Origin: an uncultured Candidatus Saccharibacteria bacterium | GTDB lineage: Bacteria; Patescibacteriota; Minisyncoccia; Phycocordibacterales; DSPV01 | NCBI GenBank assembly: GCA_964574355.1 | Contig: CAZNMD010000001.1 | Coordinates: 26,180-90,179 of the forward strand | DNA: 64,000 bases | Direction of reading: 5' to 3' | Shown here: positions 56,564-64,000 of the stretch, in pieces | Numbering within the stretch: position 1 is the first letter of the stretch | Layout of the letters: every line of letters starts with the position of its first letter | The notes under the pieces: generated by a model | Database searches by the model: none | What the model was told of the DNA's origin: nothing | What the model saw: the letters and a program-made list of their open reading frames with translations, nothing else | Made by a program: the position numbers and the translations under genes

Positions 56564-56593
56564 GATGTGATTCGAGCAGAAACTGCGTGTGGC

Positions 56594-56716
56594 GTACCTT
56601 GCGCGCTGCTGTCCGTATTAGACAACGCACAAGGTACACCGATTCGCAGTATGTGATACATTTTTGATATACCACAATTTCCCACTCAATGATTATTCTA
56701 TTACACTCTATCCCAC
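56594..56716 (-). promoter_or_regulatory. mraZ upstream region: 12-bp inverted repeat in the 5' UTR (56594-56637) and three GTGG(G/T) direct repeats (minus strand; 56671-75, 56681-85, 56712-16) resembling MraZ boxes
   Basis: Two of the repeats are spaced exactly 10 bp (GTGGGaaattGTGGT). MraZ is known to bind 10-bp-spaced GTGGG-like repeats in its own promoter. Confidence 0.4.
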
Positions 56717-56738
56717 CATGCTACAGATTTATCCACAA

Positions 56739-56770
56739 AATCGCCCTTGTTAGGGCGATTTTGTGTGTTC
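56739..56770 (-). terminator. Putative terminator after lysS (AATCGCCC-N6-GGGCGATT)
   Basis: 8-bp stem with a weak U-run on the minus strand. The plus-strand flank contains TTATCCACA. Confidence 0.45.
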
Positions 56771-56787
56771 TGATTTTCTACAAAAAG

Positions 56788-58254
56788 TTAAGAACTTTTA
56801 TCTTTTTTTGGTCGTACCAGAGGAAACAACTGCGTCTCTCGTACCGGTCTACCAGACAAAAGAGCAAAAAGACGCTCTCCAAAGCCGTACCCACAGGTTG
56901 GAGGCATTCCGTGCTCAAGCATTTCAACAAATTCATAATCACTCATCATGGCCTCATCATCACCCTTCTCTATCAATTTTTGCTGTTCTTCAAATCGGGA
57001 CGCTTGATCAATTGGATCATTTAGTTCTGAATACCCACGCCCAAGCTCACTTCCAGCAATAAGGGGCTGAAACATTTGAACAGTCTTTTTCTCAGCTGAA
57101 TCCAACTTTGCAAGTGGAGCAACTAAAACAGGGTGACCAACAAGAAAAGCTGGTCCAGATATATTTTTACGACAATATTTCCACAAAGTATCAGTTAATC
57201 GTTCTTTATTTTTTCCTGCATACTCAACATGTAACTCATGAAGTTTCGTTTCCATCTCCTTTTCAGTTGCAGAAGCAATATCAACACCTGTTTGTTTTTT
57301 AATTTCTTCAATATAGTCAATTCTTGGCCACTCGCCCGCTAAATCAAAAGTGTGTCCGTTTACATTAAATGCGGTTGTTCCAAAAACCTCTTTTGCAACC
57401 GTTTGATACAAATCCTGCACCAATTTCATACCCATCTCAAAATCTGTATACGCGGCGTAAAATTCAACATTAGTAAACTCTTGAAGATGCTCAGGACTTG
57501 TTCCTTCATTTCGATAAATACGACCAATTTCAAAAGTTTTTTCAAAACCAGCTGCCATAAGACGTTTTTGCCACAATTCACCAACAGAAATACGCAAAAA
57601 CATATCCATATCATAATCGTTGTGGTGCGTCTTAAACGGTCGAGCCTCCGCTCCACCAGTTGTAACTTCAAGTGTTGGAGTTTCAACCTCAAGAAAACCC
57701 TTACCCGAAAGATAGGTGCGAATAACATTCCAAAATTTTGCCTTACGTACAAAAAGTTCTCGTTCATCAGGGCGCATCAAAAGATCAAGATATCGTTGTC
57801 GTAAACGCTCTTCTTCATTTTGGAGACCATGCCATTTTTCAGGAAGTGGCCGAAGTGATTTCGCCCCCATTGTCCAACTAGTTACTGCAACGGTCTGCTG
57901 ACCTCGTTTAGTAACAAACAAGGTTCCAGTAAAAGATACAAAATCACCGATATCGACAACTTCAGTAAAAAAATCAAAAGACTCCTTGGGAGTATCACCT
58001 TCTTTTAAGAGCGCCTGAAACATACCGGTACCATCGGTAAAATTAACAAAAATCAAACCTCCCTGAGCACGAATAGCAAGTATTCTCCCAGCAAGAGAGA
58101 GCTCACCTTTCGTTGCAAGCGTCTCGAATTCTTTTATTGCAACCTCAATTGAGGCATCACGAGGAATTTTTGCCGGATACGGATTAATACCACGCGCACG
58201 AATTGCGTTTAATTTTTCAAGTCGGCCATTTCTTATTTCTTCGAGTGAGGCCAT
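56788..58254 (-). CDS. lysS: Lysine--tRNA ligase (class II)
   Basis: N-terminal OB fold and class II motifs. …RNEGTSPEHLQEFT… is typical of LysRS. Confidence 0.95.
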   Translation of the reverse strand: MASLEEIRNGRLEKLNAIRARGINPYPAKIPRDASIEVAIKEFETLATKGELSLAGRILAIRAQGGLIFVNFTDGTGMFQALLKEGDTPKESFDFFTEVVDIGDFVSFTGTLFVTKRGQQTVAVTSWTMGAKSLRPLPEKWHGLQNEEERLRQRYLDLLMRPDERELFVRKAKFWNVIRTYLSGKGFLEVETPTLEVTTGGAEARPFKTHHNDYDMDMFLRISVGELWQKRLMAAGFEKTFEIGRIYRNEGTSPEHLQEFTNVEFYAAYTDFEMGMKLVQDLYQTVAKEVFGTTAFNVNGHTFDLAGEWPRIDYIEEIKKQTGVDIASATEKEMETKLHELHVEYAGKNKERLTDTLWKYCRKNISGPAFLVGHPVLVAPLAKLDSAEKKTVQMFQPLIAGSELGRGYSELNDPIDQASRFEEQQKLIEKGDDEAMMSDYEFVEMLEHGMPPTCGYGFGERLFALLSGRPVRETQLFPLVRPKKDKSS

Positions 58255-58255
58255 C

Positions 58256-58371
58256 CCGTTAGAAGTCAGTTAGTTATGTAATGGCATACCTAGCAAATAA
58301 TTACCAAAATCAATCTTTACTTATGTTTTCCCACAACCTACGGTCGCGTCGCGCGACCTACTTCTAACGGG
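58256..58371 (-). promoter_or_regulatory. 12-bp perfect inverted repeat (CCCGTTAGAAGT…ACTTCTAACGGG) spanning the whole greA–lysS spacer, with central palindrome GGTCGCG-tcg-CGCGACC
   Basis: The arms lie at 58256-58267 and 58360-58371. On the mRNA the 3' arm ends 1 nt before the lysS ATG, so it could occlude the ribosome-binding region. Confidence 0.5.
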
Positions 58372-58376
58372 ACACG

Positions 58377-58838
58377 TTAGTCGATACTCACTATTTTACC
58401 AGATTGTTTACCTCCTGGCGTCTGCCACGAAACCTCATCACCCTTTTTCTTCCCCATAAGTACTTCTCCAATAGGTGAGTGGGCAGAAATTTTACCACTT
58501 GAAACGTCAACTTCTTCAGAACCAACGAGCATATACTTACGTTTTTCTCCCCCAACTGACAACGTTACCACTGAACCAATACTCACCGATGACGTTTTGT
58601 GAGTATCAATAATAGAAGCATTTTTAATAAGCTCTTCGAGTTTTGCAATTCGGTCTTCGGTATTTGCCTGCAATTCACGAGCTTCGTGATACTCAGCGTT
58701 TTCTGAAAGATCCCCCAACGATTTTGCATACTCTAAACTTTCCGCTACTTCTCTGCGCTTGCGGGTTTTTAAATCTTCAAGTTCTTTTTGAAGTTCTTCA
58801 AATTTTTCTTTTGTGAAATATTCTATTGAATCAGCCAT
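58377..58838 (-). CDS. greA: Transcription elongation factor GreA
   Basis: Coiled-coil N-domain and FKBP-like C-domain (SIGSVVTLS…). Matches the GreA family. Confidence 0.93.
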   Translation of the reverse strand: MADSIEYFTKEKFEELQKELEDLKTRKRREVAESLEYAKSLGDLSENAEYHEARELQANTEDRIAKLEELIKNASIIDTHKTSSVSIGSVVTLSVGGEKRKYMLVGSEEVDVSSGKISAHSPIGEVLMGKKKGDEVSWQTPGGKQSGKIVSID

Positions 58839-58931
58839 ATATTATTGTTACTGCCGTCACCTGAAGGGTAACGGCATTTGGGAGCTATTGTATCACGTGC
58901 TACGTCAAGGTCAATTTACAAAAAATAGCCC

Positions 58932-60635
58932 TTATTCTTTAAGGTACTCTGGAGCTTCATCTCTAATCCATTCCATTACTTCTCGCATAGCAACAACGGC
59001 ACCATACAAGTTTGATCGTGGACCACGTTCCATAAGTACCACAAACGCATACCGCGGTTTATCATAAGGAAAATATCCTGTAACCCAGGAATTCACTTCC
59101 TCCTTCTTCGTCCCAAGCTCGGCCGTTCCAGTTTTAGCACCAATCTTTACTCCGCTAATATTAAGTGCAGCAGCTGTTCCCCGTAAAACGCCTTGCCTCA
59201 TACCCTCACGAACAATAGCAAGATCTTTTTCTGGAAGAGAGAGCGTGGTACTTGTTCCTTCGCGTAAATCATTCCCATGAGCTACAATCGTCGGCGTAAC
59301 CAATATGCCACCATTACCAATAGCGGCAACAGCCCGAACAGCTTGTATGGGAGTAACCTGAAAACCATACTGCCCAATAGACGTATTATAGGTATCTCCT
59401 AGCCGCCACGGTTCATTTGGAAACACATCTTTCTTCCACTCTGGATTAGGCACAACCCCCTCAACTCCTGAAAAAAAATCACCCGGAACCTCGGAACCAA
59501 AACCAAAACGTTTAAGACCTTCTGATACTTTATCAATACCAAGCCCTTTTTGATCTTCATACCCTCCGCCCACAGTAAAAAAATACACGTTACTAGAGAC
59601 CGCAAGAGCATCTACCATATTTACCCATCCATGCGCCTTCCAGTCACGAAAAATGGTGGGCAATGTTGGATTATAAGGATTTGGAATAGAGATTGAGCCA
59701 GTTGAAAGAATCTCTTTGGTTGGAGAAATAGTTCCGTATTGCAAAGCGGTCAATGCAACATACGGCTTTACAATTGAACCAGGTGTATACAAACCATTAA
59801 CAGCTCGATTTAAAAAGGGCGAACGAAGGTCATCATTATATTTTTTAATTGCACTCGTATTTGTGGCCAGAGCCATGATTGCTGGAGAAAATTCAGGATA
59901 ACTCGTTAACGCAACAACTTCTCCCGTTTGAATATCCATAATAATCCCCGCCCCACCACGAAAACCAACTCGCTCACCTAAATCATGAATTGATTGATAC
60001 AGTTTATTTGTCAGCTTTGCATCAATCGAAAGAACAACTGATCGACCATCTTGGGGTGGCGTAAAAACACTCTCAGACTGAATCTCTCCATGAACATCAG
60101 TTTCTACTAATTTTTGACCATTTGTTCCTGTTAAAAAAGAATCGAAGAAAAGCTCAGCCCCACTTCCTCCAACATACGAAAGAGAATAATACCGACCAGA
60201 CGTATCACGCTTAGGAGGGCGAGCATAACCAACAACATGAGCAAGTCCTGGTAAAGCAAAATATGTTCGTGGAGTAAAATCTTCCCCGGCTTTTGGAATA
60301 TCATTCCAAGCCAAAAGTTCTTCATTTCTATCAAAAATAACCCCCCTATTTGCAAAGGCGGTATATTCACGAAGCCGATTACTACGACTCAATTCTTCGT
60401 ACGAATCACCACGAACAATTTCTAACGTATAGATTCTAAACGTGAAAACAGCAAAAACAATAAAAGAAATTCCCGCAACAAAAAAGACAGCGAAGCGCGA
60501 GATAGGCTTCTCGATTCTTCCTTCGAACCGTTCAGTTTCAAATTGGGGAAGATTTCTAGCATCAATCAAAACCTCATCGGGATTTATTTCACCACTTTGT
60601 CTTTTGCGTGATTTTAAAAATCTAAAAAACCTCAT
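58932..60635 (-). CDS. mrdA: Peptidoglycan D,D-transpeptidase MrdA (PBP2, elongasome)
   Basis: Class B PBP with SxxK/SxN/KTG motifs, located downstream of mreBCD. Confidence 0.85.
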   Translation of the reverse strand: MRFFRFLKSRKRQSGEINPDEVLIDARNLPQFETERFEGRIEKPISRFAVFFVAGISFIVFAVFTFRIYTLEIVRGDSYEELSRSNRLREYTAFANRGVIFDRNEELLAWNDIPKAGEDFTPRTYFALPGLAHVVGYARPPKRDTSGRYYSLSYVGGSGAELFFDSFLTGTNGQKLVETDVHGEIQSESVFTPPQDGRSVVLSIDAKLTNKLYQSIHDLGERVGFRGGAGIIMDIQTGEVVALTSYPEFSPAIMALATNTSAIKKYNDDLRSPFLNRAVNGLYTPGSIVKPYVALTALQYGTISPTKEILSTGSISIPNPYNPTLPTIFRDWKAHGWVNMVDALAVSSNVYFFTVGGGYEDQKGLGIDKVSEGLKRFGFGSEVPGDFFSGVEGVVPNPEWKKDVFPNEPWRLGDTYNTSIGQYGFQVTPIQAVRAVAAIGNGGILVTPTIVAHGNDLREGTSTTLSLPEKDLAIVREGMRQGVLRGTAAALNISGVKIGAKTGTAELGTKKEEVNSWVTGYFPYDKPRYAFVVLMERGPRSNLYGAVVAMREVMEWIRDEAPEYLKE

Positions 60636-60644
60636 ATACCCACA

Positions 60645-60950
60645 TTAAAAAGAATCTCCTTTTTTAATACGCAAACGCTTTCGCACAAACAAACCCGCAA
60701 ACAAAAAAATGACAGCACCGATTGTCATGAGCGCATCAATACCCATAACATGGCGATAAGGAACACTATAGAGTGCATCATGAATAATTGAAACAATCAC
60801 ACCCTCAACAAACCAAGAAAAACAAAAAGAAGAAACGATCACAAAACTCACAAAAAGCCACCACGGTCCATACAGTGCGGCAATAAATATGACACCGTCA
60901 ACAATACATCGAAGAAAAACTATGTGCGATTTGGACAATGTCTCATTCAT
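60645..60950 (-). CDS. mreD: Rod shape-determining protein MreD-like small membrane protein
   Basis: 101 aa with 3 TMs. It sits between mreC and mrdA, the conserved mreBCD order. Confidence 0.5.
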   Translation of the reverse strand: MNETLSKSHIVFLRCIVDGVIFIAALYGPWWLFVSFVIVSSFCFSWFVEGVIVSIIHDALYSVPYRHVMGIDALMTIGAVIFLFAGLFVRKRLRIKKGDSF

Positions 60951-61781
60951 TTATTTTGATGCTTTTGACTCATCAGGAAGACTTCGCGCGGGCACAATTT
61001 CAACAAAACCTAATTCATTCATATTAGCAGCAGGACGAATAATCAATGTTTTTAATGATCCAGCCGATTGCGTACCAATTGTTTCAACAGTCCCAACAAC
61101 CAGAACGTTTTCACCAGAAAGTCGCACAGGAGAACCTATTTCAACTTCTAAATCCTTTGGTACAGTAGCATGAATAACACCACCACCCGCACCATACGCG
61201 TCAACTGTCTGATTTCCTTTTAGCACAACGGCGTGAACTTCTCCGCTACTAGAAAAAAGTACCGCTCGAGACAATGATGAATATACTGTTTCAATTATTC
61301 CAAGGGCAATACCACCAGGAGACATCACAATACTTCCCTTTGTAATACCTTGTTTTGTACCAGCGTCAAGAATAATACTGTCATACAGAGAAGTTGGCGG
61401 TTTTGCCAAAACAAACGCCCTCACACCTTCATCATGAGAAATAGTATTGAAACCGCCTCTCAATTCTTTAATATCCTCAAGAAGAGCTGAAATAATAATA
61501 TCTTTCCCTCTTTCTTCTGCGATACGTTGTTTCAATTTTTGATTTTCAATAAAAAGAGAAGATTTTAAACTAACTGTACCAAAAAAACTTATAACCGTAT
61601 CGAGAACAAGTCCGCGGCCCTCAAGTGCAGGCTTAGCAAAAGAAACAATAGGATTAGCAACCTTATCAATGACTGTAAATTTTATAACCACAAAAAAAAG
61701 GACGACACACAAAAGAAACACCACCCAGAAAGGCAGCGAACGTCTTCCTCTTTCTCTAAAGAGATCCCTTTTCATCATCAC
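60951..61781 (-). CDS. mreC: Rod shape-determining protein MreC
   Basis: N-terminal TM, coiled-coil, and C-terminal beta domains. Adjacent to mreB. Confidence 0.85.
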   Translation of the reverse strand: MMMKRDLFRERGRRSLPFWVVFLLCVVLFFVVIKFTVIDKVANPIVSFAKPALEGRGLVLDTVISFFGTVSLKSSLFIENQKLKQRIAEERGKDIIISALLEDIKELRGGFNTISHDEGVRAFVLAKPPTSLYDSIILDAGTKQGITKGSIVMSPGGIALGIIETVYSSLSRAVLFSSSGEVHAVVLKGNQTVDAYGAGGGVIHATVPKDLEVEIGSPVRLSGENVLVVGTVETIGTQSAGSLKTLIIRPAANMNELGFVEIVPARSLPDESKASK

Positions 61782-62817
61782 TCGTCAAAAGAATGTCCTT
61801 ATGACGGACCAAATCTTCAAGAATAATACCCGTACCACGAGCAACTGCCGTCAGTGGATCCTCAGCAACATGAACAGGAATATGAGTGTACTCATGAAGC
61901 GCTTGCGGCAATCCGCGAAGCAATGCCCCTCCACCAACAAGATAAATTCCGCGCTGCATGACGTCAGAAATAACCTCAGGAGGAGTTGTTTCGATGACTT
62001 CCTTAACAGACTCCAAAAACACTTCCATCGATTGACCAATCGCCTCTCGAATATCACCATCCGTAATAACAACTTCTCGAGGTAAACCACTGACTAAATC
62101 ACGACCTTTCATAGAAGCTTCCATTGGTGTATCACCGGGTAAAACTGACCCAATTCCTATTTTTAAATCCTCAGCGGTTTTTTCACCAATCAAAATTTTA
62201 AATTCGCTACGAATATACGACATGATATCTGTATTGAGTCGGTCGCCGGCAATTTTCAAATTTTTTGAACGAACAATACCACCCATCGATATAATGGCGA
62301 TATCAGTCGTTCCACCACCAATATCAATAATCATGCTGCCAACCGGCTCATGAATCGGTAACTTAATACCAACAGCAGCAGCCATAGGCTCTTCAACAAT
62401 GTATACCTCTCGAGCGCCAGTATTACGAGTTGCATCACGAACCGCTCGAACTTCAACGTTTGTCACCCCTGAAGGAACACCCACAACAACCCGCGGTCCA
62501 AAAATCTTTTTTGCTTTTTCTTCAGCTCGTCTAATAAGATAGGCAATCATTTCTTCGGTTACTTCAAAATCAGAAATAACCCCATCAACAACCGGACGAA
62601 CCGCACGAATATGTGCAGGTGTGCGCCCGAGCATTGCTTTTGCCTGTCTTCCAACCGCAACAACTCGGCCGGTTTTATCGTTCACAGCAACCACAGACGG
62701 CTCATTAACAACAATACCCTGTCCTTTTACATAGACGAGCGTATTAGCTGTACCAAGATCGATTCCAATATCATTCGACCATATACCTTGAATTTTTTTC
62801 TGGAGCTTTGAGAGCAT
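61756..62817 (-). CDS. mreB: Rod shape-determining protein MreB (actin homolog)
   Basis: IGIDLGTANTLVYV, DIGGGTTD, VGGGALLRGL actin-fold motifs. Confidence 0.95.
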   Translation of the reverse strand: MLSKLQKKIQGIWSNDIGIDLGTANTLVYVKGQGIVVNEPSVVAVNDKTGRVVAVGRQAKAMLGRTPAHIRAVRPVVDGVISDFEVTEEMIAYLIRRAEEKAKKIFGPRVVVGVPSGVTNVEVRAVRDATRNTGAREVYIVEEPMAAAVGIKLPIHEPVGSMIIDIGGGTTDIAIISMGGIVRSKNLKIAGDRLNTDIMSYIRSEFKILIGEKTAEDLKIGIGSVLPGDTPMEASMKGRDLVSGLPREVVITDGDIREAIGQSMEVFLESVKEVIETTPPEVISDVMQRGIYLVGGGALLRGLPQALHEYTHIPVHVAEDPLTAVARGTGIILEDLVRHKDILLTSDDEKGSL

Positions 62818-62829
62818 GACAGAAGCAGT

Positions 62830-64000
62830 CTATGCTGTATTGCGAAGACCTGCAATCACCGCAGAAAGCGCTTCTCCAAGGGAAACAAGCTCGACTGAAT
62901 TGTTACCCCGACCACGAATTTCAATCTGTTTTTCAAGAAGTGTTTTTTTACTGATAACCACCTGAACCGGAATACCAATCAAATCAGCATCAGCAAATTT
63001 TTCACCCGGACGACCTGCGCGATCATCAATAAGAACTTCAACACCTTTTTTATGTAACTGTTCATACAATACTTCTGCTTCTTTCATCACATCAGCATCA
63101 TCAACTTGCAATGGTAAAACATGCACAGCAAAGGGTGCGACCGCTTTCGGCCAAACAATACCCTTTGAGTCAGACATGACTTCAACAATCGTACCCATCA
63201 AACGACCAGGCCCAATTCCATAACTCCCCATGACCACAGGAATATCTTTACCCGCCTCGTCTTTATAGGTAAGTTTCAGCGGCTCTGAAAAACGCGTACC
63301 GAGAGAAAAAATATTTCCAACTTCAACTGCCTTCTTTTCTACTAATTCCTCACGCTTAACACCTAGATCTTTTAACACCTCATCAATGAGCACTTCTTTA
63401 TTTATCGCAATCTTTTTCTTCTCATCAACATAAATAATATCCTCACCAGCATCAGTGATCGTCTGAAATTCGTGACTAAATTTTGAAAATAATCCGCCAG
63501 ACGCAAACGTGACATACGTCTTATCACCAAGCCCGACACGATTAAAAACATTTATATAAGCCTGCTTAGCTTTTTCATAAAAAGCATCATGTTCTTCTTT
63601 CGTCTTGGAGAACGAATACAAATCTTTCATCAAAAACTCTCGCCCGCGCATAATTCCGCTCTTGGCGCGTTGTTCGTTACGAAACTTCGTTTGAAATTGA
63701 TAGACATGGCGAGGTAAATCGCGATAACTGGAAATATGATCTCGCATCAAATTTGTTAGCGGATCTTCGTGCGTAAAACCTAAACCAAGTTCATTGCCGT
63801 TTTTAAGTTTTGTTTTAAACCAATTATCAACAACAGCATCATCCCAACGATTCGTTGTCTTCCACACTTCTGGGTTTTGCAAAGCGGTAAGAGAAAGTTC
63901 CACACCGCCAATAGCATTCATCTCTTCACGAATGATTTGAACAATTTTATTGAGAACAATATACCCCAACGGTAAGTAGGCATACACACCAGCCATTTCT
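62830..64000 (-). CDS. proS: Proline--tRNA ligase (partial; N-terminus beyond window edge)
   Basis: Class II ProRS motifs (YAYLPLGYIVLNKI…IIREEM…). The ORF runs to the window end. Confidence 0.85.
   Translation of the reverse strand, partial: EMAGVYAYLPLGYIVLNKIVQIIREEMNAIGGVELSLTALQNPEVWKTTNRWDDAVVDNWFKTKLKNGNELGLGFTHEDPLTNLMRDHISSYRDLPRHVYQFQTKFRNEQRAKSGIMRGREFLMKDLYSFSKTKEEHDAFYEKAKQAYINVFNRVGLGDKTYVTFASGGLFSKFSHEFQTITDAGEDIIYVDEKKKIAINKEVLIDEVLKDLGVKREELVEKKAVEVGNIFSLGTRFSEPLKLTYKDEAGKDIPVVMGSYGIGPGRLMGTIVEVMSDSKGIVWPKAVAPFAVHVLPLQVDDADVMKEAEVLYEQLHKKGVEVLIDDRAGRPGEKFADADLIGIPVQVVISKKTLLEKQIEIRGRGNNSVELVSLGEALSAVIAGLRNTA

Noticed and set aside
41240-56737. Two perfect DnaA-box consensus 9-mers TTATCCACA (41240-41248 upstream of dnaB; 56729-56737 after lysS), suggesting an origin of replication
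   Set aside because: About one such 9-mer is expected by chance in 64 kb of this composition. There is no clustering of boxes, no AT-rich DUE, and dnaA/dnaN are not in the window.
1-64000. CRISPR arrays, rRNA genes, transposases and integrases
   Set aside because: No regularly spaced direct repeats, no rRNA signature sequences, and no DDE/tyrosine-recombinase-like ORFs were seen anywhere in the window.

Overview
This 64-kb window comes from a low-GC, compact bacterial chromosome. Its gene content and architecture are consistent with a small-genome Patescibacteria/CPR-like organism: no biosynthetic operons, many overlapping gene junctions, and an AspRS lacking the GAD insertion. That assignment is inference only.

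Core content: grpE-dnaK-dnaJ, seven aminoacyl-tRNA synthetases (glyQS, trpS, aspS, gltX, cysS, lysS, proS partial), scpA-scpB, dacA-like–mraY–ftsW–murG, mraZ–rsmH–ftsL–ftsI, murF, mreB–mreC–mreD–mrdA, dnaB, recR, greA, rmuC, ribosomal proteins bL27, bL9 and bL21, a MIP channel, a cupredoxin, an ABC exporter, PepF, a Ctp protease, CorA, and one tRNA-Glu(CUC). Several Rho-independent terminators and sigma70-like promoters can be read directly; several promoters sit within 6–15 nt of the start codon, which looks leaderless.

Two parts stand out.
- 7.7–13.3 kb: two paralogous multi-TM sensor histidine kinases bracket an AONS/BioF-family PLP acyltransferase and an amidohydrolase-2 enzyme. This resembles the CqsA/CqsS- or LqsA/LqsS-type autoinducer synthase–sensor arrangement, with no response regulator nearby.
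- 45.3–53.1 kb: a GC-elevated mosaic of orphan genes, each with its own promoter and terminator, splits the dcw cluster between ftsI and murF. It contains tRNA-Glu with degenerate copies of its 3' end, two back-to-back ~250-nt transcription units driven from an inverted-repeat promoter pair, and long inverted repeats over start codons.

Other unexplained structured or GC-rich blocks lie at 23.98–24.52 kb, 15.17–15.86 kb (glyQS–trpS spacer) and 0.75–1.24 kb (grpE–dnaK spacer). No CRISPR array, rRNA, transposase or integrase was found.
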